From positions 18,307,365 to 18,371,364 of the forward strand of contig NC_092678.1 in NCBI RefSeq assembly GCF_964355755.1: a stretch of 64,000 nucleotides of DNA. The letters are read 5' to 3'. The notes beneath the pieces are model-generated. The model made no database searches, was not told where the DNA came from, and was given only the letters and a program-made list of their open reading frames with translations. The DNA is from Antedon mediterranea (Eukaryota; Animalia; Echinodermata). A program made the position numbers and the translations under genes. This document shows positions 12,008 to 27,600 of the stretch, piece after piece. Each line of letters starts with the position of its first letter. Position 1 is the stretch's first letter.

Positions 12008-15000
12008 GTGAGTAGTTTGTAATATTTTTTTTATCTATAAATAAATGTTAATTTATATTGGTAAATTAAAAATGTTATTAGTTTATGTGAATTATGGTAT
12101 AAACTTTAATTTCACTGTTAACACATTTAAATTTAAAACATATTTTATACAGGTATTCATATTAATCTGTGTTTTTTAGTTGATCATTTTTTTTATGTAG
12201 GGGCCTATTCTATTAGCATTATATTTTAATTTACAATAAAATGCTGGGAAAGTGCAGCTTGATTAAGAAAGAAATTATGTAGAAAATTGAATTGAATTAT
12301 GTCTTATTCAATGTTAAATTTTTAACAAAATGTCATTTTAATTATTGATGTTTCCTTTTGTTATGTTCCAATGTCTTCTGGTACTGAGGTGTGAAGACTT
12401 CCTTTATTAGTATCCCATAATTCCCAGAGGTAATACCTTTGAAACTTTCCTTCCTGGCTCAAATGTGTATCTAATTTTTCAGTCCCTCTCATTATGATTC
12501 TGTCGACAAGCGGTTCTGTCCTTTTCATGACCTGGGGTTAAATAGTCTGCAAATGTGTATGGTTTTAAGAAAAAAAATGCATGGACTTCAGTCAGGAAAA
12601 ATAAGGTTCTTCAGGATCTCAGCTGCTTTGTGCTTACTCAAATGTCGGCCTACAGTTGGCACCCACCTGGTTAAACTACCGGTTTATTTATGAATAGATA
12701 GTGCAGTTAGGGCAAACCAATTTGTCCGTAGAGGAATTGGTTAAACACGGTATATCCGACCGGACAAGTTACCTGATTCTTAGTTTGTTGAATTCCATTT
12801 TGTTGAACCTGTTTTTCAGAATCTGTCATAGTTGTTTAAACCTCTTGCATTAGCCACAGTTGATTATAATTTTTTGTATTGTTTAAACCTCTGGCATCAG
12901 CCACGGTTGATTTTTTTTTCCGTTTACCGTCCAAAAATTTAACTGGCTATTAAGGGTTTCAAGAATAAAACCAGTCAAAAAATTATCGCAACCTGAAAAA
13001 TAATTTAAGCAATTTAAGCTCTTTGCACCTGATACATGCTGCTGGTACCAGATATCCAGAACTTGGTCAAACTTGTTCAACCATTCACAAAAACCACTGG
13101 ATAACACATTTAAATATCTGCAGAAAAGTAGCATAACTTTCATAGAATTGTCATAAAATCCTTTGTTTGAAATAAGAAATTTACTACACACAGTCCAAAA
13201 GAACCGGTGTGTACCCTTTCATAATTTACCAGACCACCTCCAGCCCCGGCAAAATTCAGACGAACAGCCATTAAAACACGCTAAATTATGATTAATGACA
13301 ATCCGGGGACGTCCCCAGAACATCGGGTTTCGGAAACGTATACCCTTATAAATGAAAGTGTAAGTGGCTACTGTACATGTGTAGGATCTGCTGTTGAGAC
13401 TGACATGCTTTTCAAACTGTCAGGCTTCAATCATACTAGCTTATTCCCCCTGGAGGCAAAGTACAACTTGTTAGCCTAACCCCAGTCCTTACATCTGTTA
13501 TGTTCTGTTTGTCTAGCCTCCAAGCACTCCCTGTGTGTATTGACCAACAAACCTAATCATAACAGCCAGCCAGAACTTATTGATAAACTTAAACTTATAA
13601 AAATAATCTTTTGTTGTGGTTAGGTTGTATATGTGTTTTAATAATGTATCTTTAGCTGTGACAGGAAGGAAACTTAAATATAAACTTAAAGATAAACAAT
13701 AAACCACAATATTGAAGATGATTGTATTTTATAGCCAATAAACTTTAGGCAACTTTGGTTTTCAATAGTAGAATCTGTTCATGTATTAAAATGCTGAATT
13801 AGCATTAGTTTTTATACATGAATCTCTAGCCTTTGATTGCATTCCTGCTAAATCATTGTAAACTTGTGACACACACAGGTAGTTTATCTGAGGTCAGTGC
13901 AGCAGTCATCATTACCATCTAAACTGTATCTGCATTGACCAATTAAATGGTGTTCCAATAAGTAATCTATTAGGGTACTTTCACACAAACGGCATAAGAA
14001 TGGCGTGGCTTACGCAAGCGGTAAGGTAATCCACGGATTAAAATGCTGAGGTGTTCACACGTACGGCGTTCGTTATACTAATGAAACGCTACGTACACCA
14101 CGGCTTCCGCCATACGTGTGAACAGGCTGTTAGATGATTTTAACCATTTATCTGGGAACGTCCATTGGGCAGATCCGGGATTTTTCAGGAGGGGGCGCTA
14201 ACATGTAATTAGTAAAAAATAGATATCAAAAATTAGTTTATAAATTCATTGTAGCTGTGAAAAGAGGGGAACATTCTCTCCAAGTGTAATCCCTGGATTC
14301 GCCCCTACGCCCTTTAACAATTTTTTTGTTGACACTATAAACAATTTTTGCATGAAAGTGTTAAGCATAGTACTGATCAGTATTGTCATAAAATCCTTTC
14401 ACACTAAATGGTCCCAATGGACTGATATACCCCAATAATTTACAGGGTCAAGTCCCACTAAATCCAGATGTGTGGCCATTAAAAACTTGTTAAGAAATGA
14501 TTAATATGACGACGTCCCAGGAACGTTTTGTAAGCATACGAAAAAATGCGATCCCGGAGACTTACCATTGACTCTGCTTAAATCTGTCATTAAAATGTAT
14601 GTTAAATTCAGACAAGTTCTTAATTTGTCATGGTAGTGTACAGTACTTCCATATAAAATGAATGTATCTCCAGTGACATGATTTTTAGAATTGCTAAAAT
14701 AATAAATGTGATATGTTACATGTTTGTGGTGAGTTATTTCTAGAATTACTGGAGGCTGTGGCCTTTTCTTAAAGCCATGTGCCTTAAAATAACATTAGTT
14801 TAGGACACAGAGTTCATGTTGTAATTTTTTTTTAGAATCGGGGCTACTTTTTTGTACGCTAGAAAACTTTGCTAGTTACACATTATCTGACTAGCAAAAT
14901 GAGCAACCAAACATTTTTTTTAATTAATTGATTTTACAAAATGTTGAATTGACAGTAATTGGCAGATCAAGCAACTAGTAAACTAGTGTTGGACATTTGA

Positions 15001-18000
15001 CTACTGATCGTGAGATTGAGCTTCCAATATTTTCATAAATTAAATACAATATTAATCAGATAATTGTCCGTGTGCTAATTATGTTTGAAATTATTTTTTT
15101 TTACTGTAGTATAAAGTAGTCAGAACAAATCAGTATATTTTGAAAGTAACATTATATAAATAAAAATATAACAAAAAACAACTTTACAATGTAAACAGTA
15201 ATGCGTTTTTCATGAATGTACATAGTTTTATCTGCTTAGACCTAATGATCAAAGTGTTTTAAACGCAATTAAAGGCATTGGAATGTTGATCATTGTGTCT
15301 GAACACTTTTAACGCCATGGATTACTGTACGCCTTGAAACTCTGTGAGTCTGAACATACCCAAAGTCAAAATGTTATTTTTCTTGTTCTTTGTACATAAA
15401 CACTGGGCTTAGAGAGTTGGCTCTGGTTAGTGATTCTACAAAGGGGCTTTGTACTGTATGTTAATTAGTTTAAATGACTACTAGTCATTTCTAATTGAAA
15501 GTAATGACAAGACCACATGATTCATAATGCTTCTACATTTTACTGAATAGGTGCATTGGTTTTTAGTGAAGAATGGATGTAGTCTCTGTACTGAATTTCT
15601 AAAGAATGGATCATGTACACAATATCGATGTTCGCCTCACAAACAACTTACAGAGAAAAAAAAATTAAAATTAAAAAGTATCCCTTATCGATTAACTATG
15701 CTCTATATGATTTAAATTTGCACAAAAAACAATTTTAAAAAGGTTATTGATTGATTACTAATTATATTAGAAAAGAAAGCTAGTTTGAAATAGTAATACT
15801 TTATTATTAAATTTACCATGTTTCTGCTGCATATCCACCACATTCTTGCTATTCAAATGCTCCCAATCAATACTTTTTTTAATGAATAGGTGCTCATCAA
15901 TGAAAGTGTTAACAACGTTACCCAAAATGTAATGCCATCAGGCTATCAAACTTTGAAGATGCTACAGTACAGATCAATAAAATAACCATTATTTTGAAGA
16001 TAATTTTATTCACTGACATCGGCTTTTTATCAGCAGAAACCAACCAAGAGTTGTATACTATCTAGTAAGTAGTAGTAAGAGTATGACCACCAATATTGTT
16101 GGTAATATAGTATAACGGCCTTCTTTAAGGTACACCCCTTTGCCTCCATTTGTAAAACAAATGGAGGCAAATGTGTGTTTTAACACTACAACCAACCCCC
16201 GTATTCTGTACCACTATACAATATGTGTCCTAATAATTGGGTTTCAATTGACAGTTTTGAAATGAGTATAGGATCAGATACACTGTGGTTGTGTGGTTAC
16301 TTTTCCTATGTTGTAATTTTATTTAACTTTCAATGTAAGAAAGTCATTGAACTATTTTCAGTATAATGATGGTAGTTAATGAATGAGTGATGTATCATTA
16401 AGATCAGGGAGACTGTGGTTGAAATTGTATCCATTTGTAGAACCTTGACTTTAAGATGAACTGACTGTTTTGGGTTACTGTATCCAATGATAGACACATG
16501 TCAATTTGATGTCATCACCTATTTTATAATGTGTTAGATTAATGCTCTGTCTACACTATCAAACTTATGTGACAAAAAAATGTGATGTGCCCATATATGG
16601 ACACGATGTTGTCATATCACTACCATATTTGGGCACATCACACTATTTTTGTCAAAATAGTTTGATAGTGTAGACAGAGCTTAAAGCTTAGTCTACACTA
16701 TCAAACTTTATTTGACAAACATTTTTTCCATATATGGACATGATAATGTCATATCACTACCATATTTGGGCATATTACTACTGTACTATATTTACACACA
16801 CTTTTTTCTCGAACTAGTTTATAGTGTAACCAGAGCTTTATAAGAATTACCATGGAGAAATAAGCGATCCATGGAATAACCTAAGGTATATAACATGAGT
16901 CCTAAAATACCTCCAGGTCTAAAGTGTTGATAGTTATTTTTAGGGAACCAATCTGGCTTTCCTCTCCTTCATATTAAATCTGGCCCCTAATAACTTGTTA
17001 CATATGCTGTGAGCAAACAACTTATAATGGGCCATGTAAATGAATCATTCCTAATTTCTTGGCAGCAGAAACAGGACAAATTTAAAATGTTAACAATTTA
17101 CACCTAATCAATTGGTTGTTGGAATGTCACCATCTTTATCTCTTTGCTACTTTTAGCTGGACAACACTCAATAACATTTTTTTTGTTTTTAAATAATAAC
17201 AACTTTTAGCAATTTGACCATCTGAACTCATTGCATTTTTTTGGTAATGATGTGATTTTATAGTCGACTACCACCACCCACTAATTAAAATATTTGTTTA
17301 GAGAATAAACTGTGGTTGGTAGGCCTACACTCTATAATTTATATTTTTAAACCTATTAAAAAAAAACATTTTTCAGTGAGAGTCAGCAGAAGCCGGCTCT
17401 ATATATTATTGTGTCCTTACCCCATTTAATATTAATTAATAATAAAGTTCAATTTGGTATATCACAACATGCAGGGTTTCTAAACAATCAACAGAATTTG
17501 TTTTAAGAGCAAAAGATTAATGAGAAAAGTGCAAATTAAAAAGGTGGGATTTGAGAAGTTTTTTAATGTGGTGAAGGATTCAGCTTTCCTGATTAACATA
17601 GATTAAAGTTCGTTTGAAGGAGTTTGGGATTTAATTTATTCCTTTTCATCTCCTTGTTTACTTTATCTTTGTGGTAATCTTGATTATAATCTGTTTAATC
17701 TGTTGGTGCCAGAAAAGCTAAATATTAAATATTTACAGAACAATAGAAGATTGTTTATTTACTGTTGAACTCAAAATAAGTAAACAACTTTGTTTTTATT
17801 TATTGTAACATAACATAGTAATTAATTGCATTGTCTTGCATACTATATAAGAAAACAACTTTTTTTTTATTTATTGTAATCTATTTCAAGATTAATTAAC
17901 ATTGCATAGCCATAACATTGCATAACAATTTCACTGATCATTATGGTTCTAGTGGTAAAATGAGTCTTCTCGGATAAGGACTGTAAACCGTAGGTCGAGC

Positions 18001-20703
18001 TGTGTATATACATCTAGCCCATGTGCACCTAGTACATCTTTCGAGACCAGCAACTGAATGAACGCAGACGGTTGACTTTTCTATCTGTATATTAGTTAGC
18101 TTGTATGTGTGAACAGCCTCTATGTAGTATATTAAGCTTTGTCTACACTATCAGACTTTATGTGTCAAAAAAATGTGATGTGCCCATATATGGACATGAT
18201 GATGTCATATCACTACCATATTTAAGCATATCACTACCATATATAGGCACATCAAACTTTTTTGACACATAAAGTTTGATGGTGTAGGCAAGGCTTTAGT
18301 TAGCTTGTATGTGTGAACAGCCTCTATGTAGTATAGGCCTACAATGGCTAGTGAGCAAGAAAAAGAAAATACTGTTATAATAAAAAAGAAGGTTGCCCGG
18401 AGAGGTTAAACTGGTGATTTTATTTAAGATTACGGAGTTTTAACAATAAGAACAACAAAAAGTACAATAAATGCTAAAATATCGCAGTTCACATACATTT
18501 ACAAAATACACAAAGGGCAAATTCTTGTTTTCAACTTGTTGATTGTATTTTTAAATTCTTTAATACCTATGAGTCACCAAATCAAACAATACGGTAAAAA
18601 CGGTGAAAATTATGTAATAATTTCGTCCCTTTGTAACTGTCGCCAGACGAAAACCAAATAAAATTGTATAAATTGTCTGACCTTGCTGAAGTTGATGTTG
18701 TTTCACTAGCTATTTATAAATTTACTATTCAAAAGTGTAAAGTGTTTTTGTAAACAAAGTATTCTTGATAACTTTACAATAGTGATAGACTATTGAAATG
18801 GTAAAATTAGTTTGACAAACAAAAACAAAATACGCCCGATCTGCGATGGAAAATTTCTATAAACTATTGAAAAACTAAAATGTTTTTTGGCAAAAACATA
18901 ATATGCCTGGTATTACCCTTTACTAGGGTCGTAGCCAGTATTGTTGGTAAAGTTTCAACCTGACCGCTTTCTCACAGAGGCCTTTGATAGTGGCCGGCTT
19001 GCACAGATATTGTTCCTTTTTTTTGCGATCACACCATTTTATTTCTTGTGGCTGCAGCACTGTATACCCTCTGTTAATAGTGTCTTTAAACTATTTAAAC
19101 AGTAAATCAGGTTTGACAAACAAAAACAAAATCAGCCTATTTATAGTAAATTACCTTACAGAATCTAGTATAAGCCTGTTTCTGCTGCATAATGCTGAAT
19201 AGTTTATTTCAGTATAGATGAAAATTTTGTTTACAATTTGAATTTCTGCCAAGTTTTTCCTAAATAAAAAAATGATCAGTGGTGTTTTTAACTGTTATTT
19301 TAAGAAAAACATTTACCAGTGTGTTCACATTTCAGCTGCCAAAAAATAATAATAAATAATAATTTACTATTGCTTGTAATAGAAATAGGCCTATGATATT
19401 GCTTTTAAGGTTACATTTAAATTTGTTCTCATAGAAAACACTATACTATAAAATAATTAATTTCATATTGTTAAACCCTAGGCTTATGTTAATAATATCA
19501 GTGACACACTCATTTTGAAATTTCCATATTTTTTCAAAAATTAATTGATTTGTTCCTCCACAAAATAATTTCACTCTAATCAGTATTCTCCATTTTCTTC
19601 TGGGACCTAAATTATAAATATATTTTCAATGATTCATTTTGTAAAAAAAATTATTTTCATTTTGAAAAGGAAAATACATCTGTGGGGCACTTTTATAGGC
19701 TTGATACATACATATGTGTAAAGGATAGGGAAGGAAGGGCGAGAGGTCAGGTTCACTATTCGCTAAATCTACATTGCCAAGATTTATAAGGAACAGATGC
19801 GCCTCAATTAATAAAAAAATTAATTAATTAATTCTTAAAATGCAGTACAACCTCAAGCAAACAGTACGCCCTTTTACCGAAGCAAATTTAGCAATTTCCA
19901 TTCCAGACTCCTTCATGAAGTGATATTGCAATACTTTTGTTGAGGGTGGCGGTGCTTGGGGCTCTACGAGAAGGCTTTCCGGGAAGCCAGTTGGACCAGA
20001 TCATTCACACATAGGCTGGCTTACTACACCATAGTACCTACCATCTCAAAACTCAGGCTTCAGGCTGACAATGACTTGTTCCTGCCCGATGGGTCACCAG
20101 AGCTGAACCAACATTTCTAAAATAGGGGGGTGTGGAGTTTCCATTGTAGGCATTGTTTTTCGTTTTTATATTTAATTTAGTAAAACTTGTATTCCCCTAT
20201 GATTCAATCATTGGTATGAATAATTTGTAGCTGTATGTAGGTTGTTAATTTTTCTGTCTTTTCATAAGAACATGGGTTAAGTGTTGGCAGACTGCCATGG
20301 TATTCGTCATCACAAATCTATATTTCCTCGGTAATATTATTTAAAGCCTCATTCATAATAAATTAACTGAGGCAATGGTATACTCTTCAATTGGTCAATT
20401 TCCTTCTGTTTTTTGACACATTGTAAAACTAACATTGCTGGTATGAAATACATATTCGCAAATTTGTATTGCAATGTTCTAGGGGGACCAGATGGAGTTT
20501 TCTAGAGGCCGCACTTTCCCCGTTTGACAACCAAAATGAAAAAGTGCTTTTATATCAAATTTTGAATGATTTTATTTTATTTTAGTGCTACCAATATTAT
20601 ATTAAACAACCTTCTTTCTTGGATATTATACCATTGATACTTGTATTGCTAATTGTAGTCATTATAGAGTCTTTCTATTTATGTCAGACGTACTTATGAA
20701 CAA

Positions 20704-20734
<31 letters not shown>

Positions 20735-21653
20735 GTAAATTATTATTCCCGTTGGAGTTAAGACATCAAAACATGTTTTTAAACTTGCATATCAAGTATT
20801 TAGGAATATCCATATTTTATAATTTTTCAAATACTTTCTTTTGTAAACCATATCAAAATCGTGAAAATATGTACATCTAATAAGTCCTCAATATTCTGAA
20901 TTTCTATAACCTGATATGAAATAGGCCTACAGTATGAAATAAATAGTTGAGCTATCATTGTCACTATTTGCCTTATCATGGTGCTAGGCCGTGACTTGTG
21001 CACACAAACGGAGACTGCATCAACAAGAAGGCACTCTCCAGAGCCTAGGCCTTCCTTCTGATGGAATTTTACCCTGCTGAGAATCTATGTATCTAAACTC
21101 ATTTAAGAGCGGCTCAGCATTGATAAGATGCACGTAATAAGTGATTTGTGATGTTATTAGTATCTCTGCAATAATGCTTTTGAGCTAGGCTGGAAGACAG
21201 CATGTATTGTTATTGAAGATTCCATTCATAGCTTCCTCTGTTGTTGTATTCTGCCTATCGCCTACAAATGGTACAACCCCATATTGAATGGTCCGAGCCC
21301 ATCTGCCTAGAACACCCTCTGGGTAGGATACACCTGTTTTCCTCCTATACACAATTATCTTAATTATTTCCATTGAGCAAATTGTCAAGTGATTGAACAA
21401 ATTGAACTTTTGCCAAAATGTTTTCATTGTAAATGAATTTATTATTTAAAAAAACCAAAAACAACAACCCATTATTTTTTTTTTCTTTATTAATTATGGC
21501 TACAATTTGCAAAGTAAAGGCTGATTTCTCAATTCTTAACTCAGACTATACATTAAAAAAAAAACATCATTTATCAATGATCTTTTTATTATAAAAGTGA
21601 AAAAATAACAGGCAAAATGGAAAGTTTCTAATAATTAAATTTTGCCTGAACAT

Positions 21654-21686
<33 letters not shown>

Positions 21687-24600
21687 TCATGCAATAGTGT
21701 ATGGCCTTTTCTGCCACAAATGTGTTGGGTGTTTATCCAGGCACTCATGAAAAGTTTAATCTTTGTTATGCTTCTATAACCATTTATTTTTAATATATAA
21801 TAAAATATAATAAGAAATTTATAAATGAAGACATATATTTGTTTATTGTTTGTAATAAAACAGTAGTTTCCGGATTGTGTTGCTGAATCCCGCTAAAATC
21901 CTGCTTAACATATCTGGCAAATTCCTGTTAAAGCCCAGTTCTAACAGGATTATTTTTTTTTGGCAGGAATCTGTATGTTACTTTCAAACGTTTTTTAAAT
22001 AAAATTATCATAATAATTAAGTTATTTCCTTTGGGGTCACACTTATAGAGTCTAATATTTCAGTAAAGTAGACCTACATCAGATATTTAAAAAAATGCTT
22101 CCTATTGGCAATTCAATATTCTCTTAATTTCACCATTTGTCTGTTCCAATAATGTTAATAAATTTGACCAACTGTAACTAAGAATGTCATAGTCATTCCT
22201 ACAGCAAACGTTTAATTTCATCAACGGGAAACGATTTATTATATACAATCGACTTATTTCTTGTCGTCTGGCACAATTATCCAATCAGATAAACTGAAGG
22301 AATTGTCTGCACGTATTCCCAAAGGTATTACGTCTTATTGGCCAATAGTTTTTATCATCCTTCTGTTTCCCTATATCATTACTAGCTGTTAAAGAGGTGC
22401 AATATGCTCCTATTCCCTGTTTGATCATTTCCTGACAACCATGACAAATTATTGCTTGATTGAGCATAGAGAAATTAAAACATATTATTCCATGATTGAT
22501 AGGAATAGGAAAATTCCCTACTGCTAATAAATGGTTTTTAAACACTGTCTGTCTTTTCTTATAAGCACAGAGCACATGAACATTTTGTTTCAATAAAAAA
22601 CACACATGATTGGTCAATAGTTTATTGAGGTCAGCAGACTGGAACAATCTGTTTACAAAATATTCTAGAAGTAAATTCTGGAAAGCAAAATGCAAATTTC
22701 TGTCTTGTTGGTTAATTTGTTCATGTATTTGTTTCACAAAAGCTAAGCTAGTTTTTTCTATGTAACCCTTTGATTGATGTTCTCTTGGTTGAAAAATGCT
22801 CTTTGTGGAAGAACTGAAAGGGGGGGGGGGGGGGTAGGGATGGTGGTGTTTATGATGTAGTGGGGAGGGTTATTCAAACTCCAGATTTGACATATACAAT
22901 CAAATAACAATTTAGGATCCTCATTTTAATATCTGACATGTTTTAAATACAACACTCTGATATAAATAAACACAATTATTATTACACAGTGGGTTAATAA
23001 AACAGACATTGATTGATATACTGTGACTTTCTCAGGTTATATTTCTTTCCTCAACACACATTTGTTTTTCATTGCACGTGCTCAGTGCATAAACTCATTA
23101 TGTATTTTAAATCCTGGGGTTTCTTGGAACCTACAGTATTAACATGTGCAACCTTCTTCATATCTCATTAATTCCTTGATATGTTTTCGCTTTTTCTTTT
23201 GAATTTTTTATTACATTCTTTTACAATTGTTTTCAACTTGTATATTATTATCATATTTTTACCAAAATTATAGTATAACTTACTATTATAACTTAAAGTT
23301 ATTATGTCAGATGTTAGCCACCCCCTTAACCAGTACATTACGTTAAGCAGGTCTGGGCGCATTACATATCCTCGCTGGAACACTGAATGCCTACGTAGAT
23401 CCTTTCTCCCATCTGCTATGAGGCATTTTAATTTAAGGTGGAAACAATAACTGCAATAAGTATCTTGAATCTGTATTTTTAACTCATTTTGTACTTTTTG
23501 TGTCCTCTTTTAACTTTTTTACATAACATCTTGTTCTCTGTTTTATGTGATTTTATTCTTTTTTACTGTTAGTGCGACAATGTTTTTAGACAATTTTAAT
23601 GTGTGTACTTTCAGCCAAAGTTTCAAGCCATTTATGAGTTTGACAATAAAGTTTATTGAATTGAATTGAATTGAATTTGTTGTAAAAAGAGTTAGTTGCC
23701 ATTTTTTGTCTAAAACTAAAAAAAAACTAAAGAAGTTTTTGTTTTTCAAAATCCATTTTCTATATAATTTTTAATATATTATTCTTCCTTCATGGTTCAA
23801 CTTAAAAAAAAAAGAAATGGTTCAGTGTTTTCCCTTATTTGGAATGTAGCTGTTCTGTTTAGGACAAGATTGTTTATAGGTGATACAATGGTTATATTCT
23901 GTTCTTGTATTTTTTTATTTTACTCTTCCATACTCCCATTGGGTGCTAAATATTGCATAATGGTAAGGAATCCGACTAGAATTTGATAGGAATGGGTTCA
24001 AGCATGTCTGTTCCTTTGGAAAGATATTTACTCTTATTTCCTCATCCGTCAGATAGGACGTAAAGCTGTTGATCCCATATAATGTAAAAAACTCCAGGTG
24101 TGCTTATCTGGGTATGTGCCTCACTACTGGGTTTAGGTCCGTAGAGAAAAACCATCTAACAGTCCTTTTCATATTGTAATTTTTTATCACAGTTGATGTC
24201 ATACAAAGTGATGGGCAGACTATAGTAAGTGACATGTTGGTTAATATAGCCTCACACTGTTGTAACAACATTCTTGTTCTAATCATTCTATCTGTTGGAT
24301 ATACAAAACTCAGTAGGAAGATTAGTTTAACAAATTTTCTAATTTTCAGCCTAATAACTTTCGGTAAAGAAACTGGTTTAAAGTTTATCTGGTTAAAGAT
24401 ACATTGTCACCCTGCAAAAATAAAAACATTTTTTTTTTAATATGCCATTTTAATAGTCAATTTTTTGGATGTTTAGTCTTAGGTAAAATCATTTTAGGAA
24501 CCATAACAATTCATTGAAAAAATGAACATGTCTACTGCAGAACATCCTTACATTTATTGAAAGAGGGATGATTTCTCTCCACCTCACCTATTTTTTGATG

Positions 24601-27600
24601 GGGGATTTGATTTGAACATGAAAAGCACTACCCTGTTGGTGGCAATGGGTCCATGACTTATATTCTGAAAATCTTCATTTTCAGTTTAGCATAATGACTA
24701 TAATTATACTTGATACTTGTTAATAATATTATAGGCTTTTTCCTCATTTTATGTATTTTCATTCTTAAGTTGCGTTTTAATATTGTTAAAACTTTCTATG
24801 AAAATTGAATTGAAAATAAGCAATTTTGTTATTATTTCATTAAGATATAATAAAATATTTTGACCGTCACCTGGAACATTCCTTTATCTGCAGGGAAGAA
24901 GAAGATACCGAAAGTAAGATAATACGTTAATTTCCCAAGCACCCTTGTTCTGTCTATTTATGTTACCGATCACAGTTTATGATGAGACGTAACCTCTGAT
25001 TCGATTAGTGTCTTCAATTTCTGTCTGGCTTGTCATTAGTCCGCACGCTTATTACATCAAAACGTTTCTATTGTCTTTGCAAGCCTTGATTATCCCTTGA
25101 CAGAAGGTAGATGGTTAGCTGTGCTTTTAATTCTATAGCAATAATAGTTAGGTTTTTAGGTATTTAGATACTTTTATAGAATAGATTACTGCACTGTGGA
25201 ACCTGTATTTTAGGGTATACTTAGAGGACCAACGTGTCCCATTAATAGGGTTTCTCTTTATAGCTGTAGTGTTAAAACTTATATACCCTTCCTTCGTTCT
25301 ACAGGAAATTATGTCATTAATAGGGCTTCCTTTGTTGAATGGATATTATGAAACCAAAAATAAATGTAAAGGTATTTATTATCGTCCTAAAGCTTAAATG
25401 AAAACTAAGAAAATTCTTATATTAGGCCCTCTACGGATTAGGCCTCCCAATGGACCTACGGCAGCCACCAGATCAAAAAGACAAAACAAGCTAGACTTGA
25501 CCTACTGTATTTTCATAACTTTATAACATGTGCATCAAAATTGTGTTTGTAGGCCAAATCTAGGACTAACAGGTATAAAGACACGTAACAACGTAAACTC
25601 ATAAAAAATCAAGTATAGGCTACCGTAGGTTGTGGAATATCTATACTAAGTAACCCACCAACACATGTTTTTCACCCTGAAGCATTTGGTCAACTTTGTG
25701 TTCTACTTTGTCTACTACGTTTTCTAGTGAGAGCAATTGTAAAAAGCATGGTTGTGGTTTTGGATGACAAGTGTACTTATCTGATCAACACCAGTGTATT
25801 GCTTGCAATCTGTCACTCAACTACTTGAGTTATTACTATACACACAAACATACAGCTAAGTTATACAACAATAAAATAAATATTATTTGCTCTATAAATA
25901 CTGTATCATAAATCTTGCTTTATCTTGCAACCAGTGAATGCATTGATTCTATTAAAGAAACCCATCCTAAATTTTAATGCCATTTTACCAGCGTTCTGAA
26001 GTACTACAGAATGTTTGTAATTACTGCAGAATTGGCCCCAATTATATAAATTAAGATAAATACTATGGAAATTATATAAATAAACTATATGCAAAGTTAT
26101 AAATTGACCTTAAATTATGGGAAACCCTATGCAAAATGCATAAATTATTATGGACAAATCAATAACCCAAACGAAAAAGGGCCTGCTTTCAGAGTTTTCC
26201 GCCCATCATACGAAACACACAAAGATGCAGTGGTCTTCTCTTTCATAATGCAATAATTAAGGAAACAACTAATAAAAAGAAAACATTTATTTTTAGTGCA
26301 GTTAGTTATACTTCTAGTCATTTTGGTACCCGATTACCTCTGGTCATTTTGATACCTATGTGTATGGATGTGAGCAGTAGAAAAATTTTTTATAACAAAT
26401 GTGAAAACTCGCTCTCTCTCTAATATTAAATAGATAACTTATTCTTTTTGAAATATTTCAACTATAAAACAGAAATATCTCAAATATTTAAGGCAAATAT
26501 GATTACTATAATTATCTAATAAATTCCTGGATTTAAAAGCAACTAAATGTTTTGACCCTTTCCTCACAAAAAGGGATATATACAGTACAACCAAATAATT
26601 TGGATAACTGCTAAGGGTTGTACTAATATACATTCCTCATATTATTAGTCTTCTAAATTCCAATTAAAAACATGTTTGTTCCAGGTTCTCTCACATATAA
26701 CATTTGTTGTCACACAACTTTTGTTACCACAGACAAAAAAATTGTTTTATAAAAGAAAAAAATAGAGAAATAAAATAATGTTTCATATCGCAATAGTTAA
26801 TAGTTAAATTATTAGTTTCACTATGTATCAAAACATAAAATATATGGAAATACTACTAGCTAATAAGCTACAGTAAAAAAAAATAATTTAGCTATAACAC
26901 TTAACAAAATAAAATAACAATGAAATCCAAGGCATAAAACTAATGTTCTGTTTTTAAAATTAGTTTTCTGAAGTTTGGAAAGTAAATTTTATTTAAATGT
27001 GAAACAAACTTTTGTTTGTAAATACAAAGACAAACCTGATATATCTATTATAATTAAGTTCATGTGTGGACTGCAGGTCATTTTTCATATTTACAACTAA
27101 ATTAGGTGTCAAAACATCTGTTATTGTTTTGTTACTTTGGGTTCAAGTTCGTTGATATCTCTTTAACGAGACCCAGATTGATTTCTGTGGCATATTTTCT
27201 ATTTGGTGAGTCATGCCTTGCTGTGATTCTATCAATGGAGCTATCCGTTGGGAATTTGAAGGAAATCCATATATTGCAGTATCTATCCGTATTCTTATTA
27301 TAATCCTTTGATCTAGGCTAGGGATTTAATCAGACGGAGTAAGAACTGTTAATCTCCAGTCACCTAGTTTAGACTGAAATTCCCTAGAGTTTGAGTAATT
27401 TCAGGGAAACGGAAGGAAAATTAAATTTTTTATAACCTATAAATGAATTACTAAATTATTTTTGTGGCAGATAATTGTTGTAGATAGAGTTGTTTTAGAA
27501 TGTTGACAACGTTTTTAAGGTGTTTTACTGTTTGTTTGTCTGCATATCTGTCTGGACTATTAAGAAAAATATTTTGTTAATACCCTGAGGCTCAAATCTG

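Noticed and set aside
19840-21430. GC-richer blocks (19840-20140, 20980-21340) suggestive of decayed coding or TE sequence
   Set aside because: No recognisable protein motif in the frames I checked; left unassigned.
22102-22737. Minus-strand ORFs of 150 and 60 aa inside intron 1
   Set aside because: Non-ATG starts, no recognisable motif or splice-compatible structure; likely chance ORFs.
24894-24913. Possible 20-nt microexon CAG|GGAAGAAGAAGATACCGAAA|GTAAGA in intron 1
   Set aside because: Would shift the frame and disrupt the signal peptide; no other support.
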